Shown: in pieces, positions 1 through 9,139 of the stretch
Layout: each line of letters starts with the position of its first letter
Numbering within the stretch: position 1 is the first letter of the stretch
Assembly (NCBI GenBank): GCA_900317845.1
Contig: ONII01000006.1
Span: 15,172-79,171, forward strand
DNA: 64,000 nucleotides
Direction of reading: 5' to 3'
Source of the DNA: an uncultured Bacteroidales bacterium
GTDB taxonomy: Bacteria > Bacteroidota > Bacteroidia > Bacteroidales > UBA932
Made by a program: the position numbers and the translations under genes
Notes under the pieces: generated by a model
Seen by the model: the letters and a program-made list of their open reading frames with translations, nothing else
What the model was told of the DNA's origin: nothing
Database searches by the model: none

Positions 1-2
1 TC

Positions 3-1064
3 CGCTTCCAGACCAACGGCCGGTATTACACCACCTTAAGCGCCAGCTTTACGGAGCCTTGGCTGTTTGGTAAAAAGCCCACGTCCCTCAGCGTTTCCGG
101 GTACTACTCCCGTATGACGGACTCCTACCTTGCCATTGGTATCCTGTCCACGGACAAGATGTTCGAGGTATTCGGTTTCAACGCCGGTCTGGGTACGCGC
201 CTGAAGTGGCCGGACAACTATTTTGTCCTGTACAACAACCTGAGCTGGCAAACCTACAAACTCACCAACTGGACCAACAGTTACTTTGCCTTCAACGACG
301 GTATTTCCCACAACCTGAGCTATACCATCTCTCTTACGCGTAACTCCACGGACCAGCAGATTTACCCGCGTACCGGCTCGGAGTTCAGCCTGTCGCTGCA
401 ACTCACCCCGCCGTACTCCCTGTTCCGCAAATACACTTACAAGGACGGCCAGAAGGTTGCCGTAAACAGCTGGAAGGATGTTAATTATGACGATTGGACA
501 GCTGCCCAGCGCTACAAGTGGATTGAGTACCACAAGTGGAAGTTCAACGGCACAGTATACGCTAAACTGGTGGGAGACCTGGTGCTGATGACCCGCGCGC
601 AGTTCGGTTACCTGGGTTACTACAACCGCAACTGGGGCTATTCCCCGTTCGAGAACTTCCAGGTGGGCGGCGACGGCATGTCCGGCTACATGACCTACGG
701 TGCGGAAATCGTCTCCCTGCGTGGCTACGAGGACTATTCCCTGACCCCGCGCAAGCTCACCCCGTACAGCCAGAACGGTCTTAGCTATGCCGGTAACGTA
801 TACGATAAATTTACGGTGGAGCTCCGCTATCCGGTGATTCTGCAGCCGCAGAGCACGATATTTGTACTGGCCTTCCTGGAAGGCGGTAACTGCTGGAGCG
901 ACATCCGCGAATTCAACCCGTTCCAGATCAAGCGAAGCGCCGGTGTGGGTGTGCGTGTGTTCCTCCCGATGATCGGCCTGCTGGGTGTAGACTGGGGCTA
1001 CGGCTTCGACGGCGGTTCCACCGGCGGCAGCCACTTCCACTTTGTGTTAGGTCAACAGTTCTAA
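3..1064 (+). CDS. bamA: Outer membrane protein assembly factor BamA, C-terminal beta-barrel (5'-truncated by window edge)
   Basis: Frame open from position 3 (FTEPWLFGKKP), LRGY-type loop motif (IVSLRGYED), C-terminal FHFVLGQQF, followed by skp. Confidence 0.92.
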   Translation, partial: RFQTNGRYYTTLSASFTEPWLFGKKPTSLSVSGYYSRMTDSYLAIGILSTDKMFEVFGFNAGLGTRLKWPDNYFVLYNNLSWQTYKLTNWTNSYFAFNDGISHNLSYTISLTRNSTDQQIYPRTGSEFSLSLQLTPPYSLFRKYTYKDGQKVAVNSWKDVNYDDWTAAQRYKWIEYHKWKFNGTVYAKLVGDLVLMTRAQFGYLGYYNRNWGYSPFENFQVGGDGMSGYMTYGAEIVSLRGYEDYSLTPRKLTPYSQNGLSYAGNVYDKFTVELRYPVILQPQSTIFVLAFLEGGNCWSDIREFNPFQIKRSAGVGVRVFLPMIGLLGVDWGYGFDGGSTGGSHFHFVLGQQF

Positions 1065-1068
1065 TATT

Positions 1069-1095
1069 TGTCATTTCGAGCTTGTCGAGAAATCT
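1069..1095 (+). repeat. REP-like short palindrome TGTCATTTCGAG...TCGAGAAATCT
   Basis: Imperfect inverted repeat just after the bamA stop; related copies at 6333-6364 and 24708-24747 (minus). Confidence 0.6.
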
Positions 1096-1123
1096 CATAC
1101 AGAAACAATTAATATTAAAGGAT

Positions 1124-1696
1124 ATGAAAAAACTTATTGTCATCGCCCTTGCGGCCTTTGCAACCTTCACCCTTTCCGCCCAGACCCTGGGTAAGGTGAA
1201 CTTCAATGAACTCGTGATGCTGATGCCGGAAATGGACACCGCCCGCGAGGCCATCAACGCCTCCCAGAAAGAGGCGGAAGAAACCTACTCCGCCATGGTG
1301 GAAGAGTATCAGGGCAAGATGAACCAGTACCAGCAGAAGCAGGCCAGCTGGACAGCGGCCATCCGCGAATCCAAGGAGCGTGAGCTCATGGAAATCCAGA
1401 ACCGCATCCAGGAATTCCAGCAGTCCATCTCCCAGGAACTCCAGCAGCAGCAGAATCAGCTCACCGCTCCCATCCAGGAGAAAGCCGCCAAGGCCGTGAA
1501 CGAGATTGCCAAAGCCAAGGGCCTCACCGTCCTGTTCGATGCTTCCCAGGCACTGTACTTTGACGAATCCAAAGTGATCGACATTACTGCCGATGCCCGC
1601 AAAGCCCTGAACATCCCCGCGGACCGCACCCTGGAAAGCCTCCAGGCAGAGCTCCAGGCACAGGCCCAGGCCGCTCAAGCTGCTCAGGCCAAGTAG
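1124..1696 (+). CDS. skp: OmpH/Skp periplasmic chaperone
   Basis: Signal peptide MKKLIVIALAAF..., GKVNFNELV N-terminus, Q/E-rich coiled coil, VIDITAD C-terminal motif, downstream of bamA. Confidence 0.88.
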   Translation: MKKLIVIALAAFATFTLSAQTLGKVNFNELVMLMPEMDTAREAINASQKEAEETYSAMVEEYQGKMNQYQQKQASWTAAIRESKERELMEIQNRIQEFQQSISQELQQQQNQLTAPIQEKAAKAVNEIAKAKGLTVLFDASQALYFDESKVIDITADARKALNIPADRTLESLQAELQAQAQAAQAAQAK

Positions 1697-1720
1697 GCCA
1701 ATCTTTTTAGAAAATAATTG

Positions 1721-1779
1721 GGAATTCACTTTAATTTCTTTACATTTGTAACGGAATTAAGGTGAATTCCTTATTTTTT
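1721..1779 (+). terminator. Long hairpin terminator of bamA-skp overlapping the gdhA -7 promoter box (TACATTTG 1741-1748)
   Basis: 24-bp arms 1721-1744/1747-1770 with 21 Watson-Crick matches plus 2 G-U pairs on the + strand, followed by a T-rich tract. Confidence 0.65.
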
Positions 1780-1810
1780 ATAACCATAACACTAAAACAT
1801 CGTTTTTGTA

Positions 1811-3154
1811 ATGAAAACAACTGACATCATGGCACGCCTTCAGGCCAAGTATCCCTTGGAGAAGGAATATCTGCAGGCTGTGCAGGAAGTACTGGAATCC
1901 ATCGAAGAGGTGTACAACCAGCATCCTGAGTTTGAGAAAGCCAAGATTGTTGAACGGCTGGTGGAACCGGACCGCATCTTTACGTTCCGCGTTACCTGGA
2001 TCGACGACCGCGGGGAGGTACAGACCAACACCGGTTACCGCATCCAGTTCAACAGTGCCATCGGCCCTTATAAGGGCGGCCTCCGTTTCCATAAGGCCGT
2101 AACGCCTTCCATGCTCAAATTCCTGGGCTTTGAACAGACCTTCAAAAACGCCCTCACAACCCTTCCGATGGGCGGCGCCAAGGGCGGCTCTGACTTTGAC
2201 CCGGTGGGCAAATCCAACGACGAAATCATGCGTTTCTGCCAGGCTTTCATGCTGGAGCTGTGGAACTGCATCGGCCCGGATCAGGATATTCCTGCCGGCG
2301 ATGTTGGTGTAGGCGGTCGTGAAATCGGTTACCTGTATGGCATGTATAAAAAGCTGGCCCGCCAGTACAATACGGGCGTCCTCACCGGTAAGGGCGGCAC
2401 CTGGGGCGGCTCCATCCTTCGTCCGGAGGCCACCGGTTTCGGCGCCCTCTATTTCACCCAGCACCTGTTGAAGAAGGCCGGCAAGGATATCAAGGGCTGC
2501 AAGGTTGCACTCTCCGGCTTCGGCAATGTAGCCTGGGGCGCTGCTACTAAGGCCCGCGAACTGGGCGCCAAGGTGGTGGCCATCAGCGGCCCGGACGGCG
2601 TGTGCGAGATTCCGGATGGTATTACCCCGGAAATGATTGATTACATGCTGGTTATGCGTGCTTCCAACCGCAACAAAGTAGAGGATATGGCCACCAAGTT
2701 CCCCGGTCAGGCCAAGTTCACCGCCGGCAAGAAGAGCTGGAGCATCCCCGTGGACATTGCCCTGCCTTGCGCCTTCCAGAACGAACTCTCCGAGGAGGAT
2801 GCCAAGGAACTCAAGGCCAATGGCTGCTGGTGCTGCTGCGAGGTGTCCAACATGGGCTGCCAGCCCGGCGCCATCCACTTCTTCCAGCACAACGGTATCC
2901 TCTTCGCCCCCGGCAAGGCCGTGAATGCGGGCGGTGTGGCCACCAGCGGTCTGGAAATGACCCAGAACGCAGAGCACATCTCCTGGAGCGGGGAAGAAGT
3001 GGATGAGAAACTCCACTTCATCATGAAGTCCATCCACGAACAGTGCGTCAAGTACGGTACCCAGCCGGACGGCAGCGTGGACTATGTGAAGGGCGCCAAC
3101 ATCGCCGGCTTCATGAAAGTTGCCACCGCCATGCTGGAGCAAGGAACCATTTAG
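1811..3154 (+). CDS. gdhA: NADP-specific glutamate dehydrogenase
   Basis: GPYKGGLRFH, LPMGGAKGGSDFDP, DIPAGDVGVG, RPEATGFG, GFGNVA motifs. Confidence 0.96.
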   Translation: MKTTDIMARLQAKYPLEKEYLQAVQEVLESIEEVYNQHPEFEKAKIVERLVEPDRIFTFRVTWIDDRGEVQTNTGYRIQFNSAIGPYKGGLRFHKAVTPSMLKFLGFEQTFKNALTTLPMGGAKGGSDFDPVGKSNDEIMRFCQAFMLELWNCIGPDQDIPAGDVGVGGREIGYLYGMYKKLARQYNTGVLTGKGGTWGGSILRPEATGFGALYFTQHLLKKAGKDIKGCKVALSGFGNVAWGAATKARELGAKVVAISGPDGVCEIPDGITPEMIDYMLVMRASNRNKVEDMATKFPGQAKFTAGKKSWSIPVDIALPCAFQNELSEEDAKELKANGCWCCCEVSNMGCQPGAIHFFQHNGILFAPGKAVNAGGVATSGLEMTQNAEHISWSGEEVDEKLHFIMKSIHEQCVKYGTQPDGSVDYVKGANIAGFMKVATAMLEQGTI

Positions 3155-3173
3155 TTTCCCGGTCCCTTCTTTT

Positions 3174-3206
3174 ACGGTGTCTCATGAAAATGGGGCACCG
3201 TTTTTT
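3174..3206 (+). terminator. Rho-independent terminator of gdhA
   Basis: ACGGTGTCTCAT-GAAA-ATGGGGCACCGT followed by a T run. Confidence 0.8.
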
Positions 3207-3277
3207 ATTGGTAATATGTAAGGTTATCTTACAATTAATTGCTATCTTTGCAAGCTAAACTGTATTAACCATTTTAC

Positions 3278-4876
3278 ATGAAAAAACTGGTAGTCGCGCT
3301 TTGTCTGGCATCGCTTTTCCTGGTTTCCTGCGAGCAGAAAACCAGCAAGGGGGAGCGCCTGCTGGAGAATTATGCGCTGGTAACGATTCCTGCTCCGGAC
3401 CTTTCAGGAATCACGGATAATGGAAAAGAGGTCCTGAATCTGTATCGCTTTGCGGCAGACCAGGCAGATGCCATCTATTGGGAGCAGAGCTTTGGCCCCA
3501 AGTCCACCTTCGACAATTTGCAGGATCCCGCAGAGAAGGCCTTTGTCGATGTGAACTATGGCCCGTGGAACCGTATCGACGACCAACCTTTCCTGGAAGG
3601 GTACGGCCCCAAGCCGGAAGGTTCCCGTTTTTACCCGGAAGACATGACGGATGCGGAGTTCGAGGCCCTGGCAGATCCTGCCAAGTATAGCCCGTACACA
3701 CTCATCCAGCGTGCCAATGACGGATCCCTGAAGGTGGTGTGGTATCACGACGCCTATCAGGCCCAGGTAAAAAAGATGGCCGATATCCTCCGCGCCGCCG
3801 CCGACATCACCATCAAGGAGAGTGTCCGTAACTATCTGCTCAAGAAGGCGGAAGCCCTTCTCTCGGACAACTATTACGAGAGCGAAAAAGCCTGGCTGGA
3901 GATGACGGACAGCAAGATGGACCTGGTGATTGGCCCCAACGAAACCATCGACGATGAACGGTACGGCCTCAAGGCCTCCTATGGCGCCTATGTGCTCCTG
4001 AAGAACCTGGACCGCACGGCCAGCCTCCAGTCCCTGACCTCCCGTCTGCCGGAACTGCAGGCCTCCCTGCCCGGCGACGCCATCTACCATTCTTTCGTTC
4101 CGGGTGCGGAGTCCAACATTTTCTCCTGCGATGTCATCTATTACGGCGGTTACACCAATGCCGGTTACAAGGTCATTGCCATTAACTTCCCGTACGATAC
4201 CCGCGTCCAGGAGGAATTCGGTACCCGTACCATCCTGTTCGACAATGTCATTCGCGAAAAGTTCAACCGCACCGTTTTTCCTGCCGGCATGCAGCTGTTC
4301 GAGGGCGCGGATTGCGCGCACCTGGACGCAAATGCGTTCTATTGGGGCATCGTCTTCCGCGAAGTGGCCAAGGGACTGGGCGTGAAAGAGACCATCACCG
4401 GAAAAGGCACGGTGACCGAGGCCCTGGGCAATGAGGCCCTCACCCTGGAAAAAGCCAAATCCAACGTACTGGGCGCTTACCTCTGTGCCCGGGAAGTGGA
4501 AGACCACCGTATAGACGCCCTCATCATGAAGCCGGATGTGCTGGCCACCTTTGTGGCCAATGTCATCCGCTCCACGCGCTTTGGCTTTGGTGATGCCACC
4601 GGACGCGCCAACCTGGTCATTTACAATTATTTGATGGAACAGGGGGCCATTACCCGCAAGGCTTCCGGCAAATATGGCATTGATTATGCCAAAACGGAGG
4701 AAGCCATTGCTTCCCTGGGCGCCCAAATCCTGAAACTCCAGGCCCTGGGAGACCGCGAGGCCGCTACGGAGTTCGTGAACAAGTATGCCGTTGTGGCTTC
4801 CACCATCAAGGCCGACATCGTGAACCTGGAACTGGAAAAGATACCTGTGGATATCCGTTTCACCTACGAAAAATAA
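3278..4876 (+). CDS. Lipoprotein of the DPP III/M49-like family with degenerate zinc site (probable pseudopeptidase)
   Basis: Lipobox LFLVSC; family motifs NYGPWNRID, GANFYP-like GSRFYPEDMT, DLVIGPNE, IAINFP; REVAK where HEXXH is expected and EKAKS where EExKA is expected; TATCTTTG box at 3243-3250. Confidence 0.8.
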   Translation: MKKLVVALCLASLFLVSCEQKTSKGERLLENYALVTIPAPDLSGITDNGKEVLNLYRFAADQADAIYWEQSFGPKSTFDNLQDPAEKAFVDVNYGPWNRIDDQPFLEGYGPKPEGSRFYPEDMTDAEFEALADPAKYSPYTLIQRANDGSLKVVWYHDAYQAQVKKMADILRAAADITIKESVRNYLLKKAEALLSDNYYESEKAWLEMTDSKMDLVIGPNETIDDERYGLKASYGAYVLLKNLDRTASLQSLTSRLPELQASLPGDAIYHSFVPGAESNIFSCDVIYYGGYTNAGYKVIAINFPYDTRVQEEFGTRTILFDNVIREKFNRTVFPAGMQLFEGADCAHLDANAFYWGIVFREVAKGLGVKETITGKGTVTEALGNEALTLEKAKSNVLGAYLCAREVEDHRIDALIMKPDVLATFVANVIRSTRFGFGDATGRANLVIYNYLMEQGAITRKASGKYGIDYAKTEEAIASLGAQILKLQALGDREAATEFVNKYAVVASTIKADIVNLELEKIPVDIRFTYEK

Positions 4877-4891
4877 ACGTATCAATATATT

Positions 4892-6331
4892 ATGAAGTTC
4901 AATGCTAAATATATGGTATTCTTGCCGCTGGTGCTGGCAATTACCATATTCCTGTGGGCCGTCCCGGTATCCTTCTTCGGGATTGACGCCCTGACGGTTG
5001 TGCAGCAGCGCGTGATTGCCCTGTTTGTCTTTGCAGCCTTGATGTGGATTTTCGAAATTATTCCCAACTGGTCCACGTCGCTTCTTGTGATTGTGATTTC
5101 GCTGCTCACCGTGTCCAACAAGGGTATCGGCCTGTTCTGTGATCCGCAGTACGGAACGCTCGTCCCTTACGGCCGTATCATGGCTTCCATGGCGGACCCC
5201 GTGGTAATGCTGTTCCTGGGCGGCTTTGTGCTGGCTATCATGGCCGAGAAATACGGGCTGGATGTTACCCTGGCCCGCGCCCTCCTAAAACTGTTCGGCA
5301 CCAAGCCGGAAATTGTGCTGCTGGGTTTCCTCATCATGATTTCCGTGTTCTCCATGTTCATGAGCAACACGGCTACCGCCGCCATGATGCTGGCCCTGCT
5401 CACTCCGGTGCTTTCCAAGCTTCCGGCCGACGATAAAGGCAAGATCGGCCTGGCGCTGAGTATCCCCGTGGCCGCCAACCTGGGCGGTATCGGCACGCCC
5501 ATCGGTACGCCGCCCAATGCTACTGCCAAGGGCGCCCTGGAGCAGGCCGGCATTGACGTGAGCTTTGGCGAGTGGTGCGTTCACATGATTCCCTACGTGA
5601 TTGTGATGATTGTGATTGCCTGGATTCTCCTTCGCGTCATGTTCCCGTTCAAGACCAAGAAACTGGTGCTGGAGATTCCCGAAAGCCAGCAGAAGAAAGA
5701 CTGGAAACTGTACGTGGTATGGATTACCTTCGTGGGCACCATCCTGCTGTGGGCAACCGAGCAAATCACCCACATCAACTCCAATATTGTGGCTCTTATC
5801 CCGCTGGGCGTGTTCACTGCAACCGGCCTGTTCGGCAAGGAAGAAATCAAGGAGATTAACTGGAATGTGCTGTGGCTGGTAGCCGGTGGCTTCTGCCTGG
5901 GTTACTGCCTGCAGGACACCGGTCTTGCCAAGGTGCTCATCCAGGCCATTCCGTTCGGCAGCATGAGCGTAGTGCTGGTGCTGGTGGTGGCCGGTCTGGT
6001 GTGCTACCTGCTGAGTAACTTCATCTCCAACTCTGCTACGGCAGCACTGCTCATCCCTATTCTGATTGTGGTTGCCAACGGCATGGCAGACCCTGAAGCT
6101 GCCAACAACGCGGAGTTCCTGGCTCTGGGTGGCACTTCCGCCATGATTATCTTCATCGCCGTGTGTGCTTCCATCGCCATGCTGTTCCCCATTTCCACCC
6201 CTCCGAATGCCATCGCTTCCGCTACCGGCATGGTGGATACCAAGGATATGACCCGCGTGGGCCTGGTGATTGGTCTTATCGGCTTTGTGCTGGGCTATTT
6301 CTGGTTAACTAAACTTTTCCCGTTTGCTTAA
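4892..6331 (+). CDS. SLC13/DASS family anion transporter
   Basis: Many hydrophobic helices; SMFMSNTAT, GTPIGTPPN, FISNSATAA and PISTPPNAI motifs. Confidence 0.92.
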   Translation: MKFNAKYMVFLPLVLAITIFLWAVPVSFFGIDALTVVQQRVIALFVFAALMWIFEIIPNWSTSLLVIVISLLTVSNKGIGLFCDPQYGTLVPYGRIMASMADPVVMLFLGGFVLAIMAEKYGLDVTLARALLKLFGTKPEIVLLGFLIMISVFSMFMSNTATAAMMLALLTPVLSKLPADDKGKIGLALSIPVAANLGGIGTPIGTPPNATAKGALEQAGIDVSFGEWCVHMIPYVIVMIVIAWILLRVMFPFKTKKLVLEIPESQQKKDWKLYVVWITFVGTILLWATEQITHINSNIVALIPLGVFTATGLFGKEEIKEINWNVLWLVAGGFCLGYCLQDTGLAKVLIQAIPFGSMSVVLVLVVAGLVCYLLSNFISNSATAALLIPILIVVANGMADPEAANNAEFLALGGTSAMIIFIAVCASIAMLFPISTPPNAIASATGMVDTKDMTRVGLVIGLIGFVLGYFWLTKLFPFA

Positions 6332-6332
6332 T

Positions 6333-6364
6333 TGTCATACCGAGGCCCCAAGCCGAGTGTATCT
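6333..6364 (+). repeat. Diverged REP-like palindrome TGTCATACCGAG...CCGAGTGTATCT
   Basis: Shares the TGTCAT..CGAG / CGAG...ATCT ends with 1069-1095; intergenic after a stop codon. Confidence 0.45.
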
Positions 6365-6379
6365 CAAACTAGAAACCCG

Positions 6380-7678
6380 ATGAAAAAATTATTCATTCTT
6401 ACATTGGCAGCGCTGCTTACCGGCAGCGCCGCTTTTGCGCAGGACGCTCCCGTAGAGGAAAAGCCCTCGCACTTCAAGCTGTACGGCTTTGTCCGTAACT
6501 ACCTGGCCGCCGACAGCCGTGCCGTTAAAGCCGGTACGGAGGACCTGTACTTTTACATGCCCCAGGACAAGGAGATGTCCAAGGGCTTCGACAGCAATGG
6601 CGAATTCAACTGGCGTTTTGTTTCCCTGACCACCCGCCTGGGCCTGGACGTGTCCGGTTACAAGTGGGGGAAGATGGGTATCGGCGCCAAAGTGGAGGCG
6701 GACTTCTACTACCTTAGCGGGTCCGTTCCCACCCTACGCCTGCGCCAGGCCTTTGTCAAGCTTAACTGGGACGACAGCCGCTGGGCCCTCACCCTGGGCC
6801 AGACCTGGCACCCCATGGCCGTGGATATGCCCCATATGAACAACCTGGAAACCGGCGCTCCCTTCAATCCCTTCAACCGCAGCCCGCAGGCCCGGGTAGA
6901 CCTTTCCCTGGGTGGTGGTTTCAGCCTCACCGCCAGCCTCCTGTATCTGAACCACTACCTGCCCACCGGCCCGGACGGCAAGAGCAAGGATTACTTCAAG
7001 TATGGCCTGCCGGAGTTCTACTTTGGCGCCAGCTTCCAGAATGAGCATTTCCTGGCCCGCGTGGGCTTGGATATGGTCAATCTTCGGCCCTACCGTTCGC
7101 ACGCCGACTGGCGTGTGCAGGGAGACAATCCTCCCACCATCCAGGTGAAGAGCCTCCTGACCACCGTTTCCCCGTTCGCCTTCTTCCAGTATACCAACGG
7201 AAAGTTCCAGCTGCGCGCCAAGAGCATCCTGGGCCAGGGCGGCGAGCACCTCAACATGCTCTCAGGCTATGGTATCCACAGCCTGAACAATGACGGCACC
7301 ATCACCTATACCCCTATGCAGGACTGGGCTTCTTTTGTGAGTGTCTCTTACGGCAAAAAGATCCAGGTAATGGGCATGCTGGGCTACATGAAGCAGCTGG
7401 GTACCACCCAGGACCTTCTGGATAATCAGTTGTGGCTCAATAATTCTGCCGATACCCGCATCCAGCAGGCCTTCCGCGCCACGCCCACCATCGCCTGGAA
7501 CCTGGGCAAGTTCACCGTGTCGCTGGAGTACAACCTCACCGCCGCTCAGTTCGGCAATACCAAGGCCGCCGGCTTTGCCGCCGACGCAGCCCGTAACGCC
7601 CGCGGCATGTTCGCTCCCGCCGATATGCACTGGATTGTGAACCACCGTCTCATCTGCATGACCAAGTTTAATTTCTAG
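6380..7678 (+). CDS. DcaP-like outer membrane porin
   Basis: Signal peptide, FKLYGFVR, TTRLGLDV, VEADF, LRLRQAFV, LGQTWHPM motifs, terminal Phe. Confidence 0.72.
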   Translation: MKKLFILTLAALLTGSAAFAQDAPVEEKPSHFKLYGFVRNYLAADSRAVKAGTEDLYFYMPQDKEMSKGFDSNGEFNWRFVSLTTRLGLDVSGYKWGKMGIGAKVEADFYYLSGSVPTLRLRQAFVKLNWDDSRWALTLGQTWHPMAVDMPHMNNLETGAPFNPFNRSPQARVDLSLGGGFSLTASLLYLNHYLPTGPDGKSKDYFKYGLPEFYFGASFQNEHFLARVGLDMVNLRPYRSHADWRVQGDNPPTIQVKSLLTTVSPFAFFQYTNGKFQLRAKSILGQGGEHLNMLSGYGIHSLNNDGTITYTPMQDWASFVSVSYGKKIQVMGMLGYMKQLGTTQDLLDNQLWLNNSADTRIQQAFRATPTIAWNLGKFTVSLEYNLTAAQFGNTKAAGFAADAARNARGMFAPADMHWIVNHRLICMTKFNF

Positions 7679-7698
7679 ACGATTGGAAATATGTTTTT

Positions 7699-7731
7699 AG
7701 GGACAGGATGATTGGCCTGTCCCTTTTTTTT
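7699..7731 (+). terminator. Rho-independent terminator after the porin gene
   Basis: AGGGACAGG-N8-CCTGTCCCT followed by T7. Confidence 0.82.
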
Positions 7732-7768
7732 GCTATATTTGTACAATGACTTTTAAAATCTAACCACT

Positions 7769-9136
7769 ATGGGCGCATTTCATGCATATGACATTCGCGG
7801 AATCTGGGGGAAAGACTGGAACCTGGAAGACGCATATAAGGTGGGATACTTCATCCCCGAACTCCTGAAGACCAACAAAGTGCTGGTAGGCCGCGACTGC
7901 CGCCTCTCCGGCAAGGATATCCACGACGCCCTCATCAAGGGCATTACGGATGCCGGCGCAGACGTAGACGACATTGGCTACAGCTCCACGCCGCTGGTGT
8001 ACTTTGGCACCGCCAACTACGGGTACAAGGCATCGGTCCAAATCACCGCTTCCCACAATCCGCCGGAGTACAACGGCATGAAAGTGAGCCGTGAGAACGC
8101 TCTTCCCGTGGGCCTGGACACCGGCTTGGGCCAAATCAAGCAGTGGATCGACGAAGGCCGTCCCACGCCGCCTGCCGCCAAGAAGGGTTCGGTGAAGGAG
8201 ATTGACATCAAGCCGGACTACATTGCCTTCCTCAAAAAGTTCAAAGGGGACTACTCCAACCTGAAGATCGCCTTCGACCTGTCCAACGGCATGGCCACCC
8301 TCTTTGCCAAGGAAATCTACAAGGGAGAAAATGCCACTTATCTCTTTGACGAGATGGACGGCAGCTTCCCCAACCATGAGCCCAACCCGCTGGTAGCCAA
8401 GAATGTAGAGCCGCTCAAGAAACTGGTGGGAGAAATCAAGGCCGACATCGGCGTCATCTATGACGGCGACGCAGACCGCGTCATGTTCGTGGACGACAAA
8501 GCCCGCTTTGTGGCTCCGGACCTGGTGATTGCCCTTATGGCCCGCTATTTCTGCGACGAACGGGGAGAGAAGAATCCGCGCGTGCTGCAGGAAATCCGTT
8601 CCAGCCTGGCCGTGGCGGAGGAACTCCGCGCCAAATACAATGCGGACGTTCACACCTGGCGTGTAGGGCGTGCTTTCGCTGCTCCCAAACTTCGTGAAAT
8701 TGACGGCCTGTGGGGCGGTGAACTGGCCGGCCACTATTATTTCAAGGACTTCTTCTACAGCGACAGCGGCATGCTTGCCAGCATCATCGTCCTCAGAATC
8801 GTGAGCGCCCTCAAGAAGCAGGGTATCAAGCTCTCGGAGGAGATGGACCGCCTTACCAGGTATGAGAACTCCGGCGAAATCAACTACAAGGTAGAGGACA
8901 AGAAGGGCGCCATGGATGCCGTAAAGGCCCATTTCGAAAGCAAGGAAACGCCCACCAAGGTGATGGACTTCGACGGATACCGTCTGGAATTCCCCGGCTG
9001 GTGGTTCAACATCCGTCCTTCCAATACGGAGCCTTACCTCCGTTTCATCTGTGAGGCTACCTCGCAGGAACTCCTGAAAGAAAAGATTGCCCAGGCGGAC
9101 GCCATCATTGTGGGTCAGTTCGGCGGCAAACGGTAG
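7769..9136 (+). CDS. Phosphomannomutase/phosphoglucomutase
   Basis: AYDIRG, TASHNP active-site Ser, DGDADR metal loop, GELAGH, RPSNTEP; TATATTTG box 7734-7741. Confidence 0.95.
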   Translation: MGAFHAYDIRGIWGKDWNLEDAYKVGYFIPELLKTNKVLVGRDCRLSGKDIHDALIKGITDAGADVDDIGYSSTPLVYFGTANYGYKASVQITASHNPPEYNGMKVSRENALPVGLDTGLGQIKQWIDEGRPTPPAAKKGSVKEIDIKPDYIAFLKKFKGDYSNLKIAFDLSNGMATLFAKEIYKGENATYLFDEMDGSFPNHEPNPLVAKNVEPLKKLVGEIKADIGVIYDGDADRVMFVDDKARFVAPDLVIALMARYFCDERGEKNPRVLQEIRSSLAVAEELRAKYNADVHTWRVGRAFAAPKLREIDGLWGGELAGHYYFKDFFYSDSGMLASIIVLRIVSALKKQGIKLSEEMDRLTRYENSGEINYKVEDKKGAMDAVKAHFESKETPTKVMDFDGYRLEFPGWWFNIRPSNTEPYLRFICEATSQELLKEKIAQADAIIVGQFGGKR

Positions 9137-9139
9137 CGG

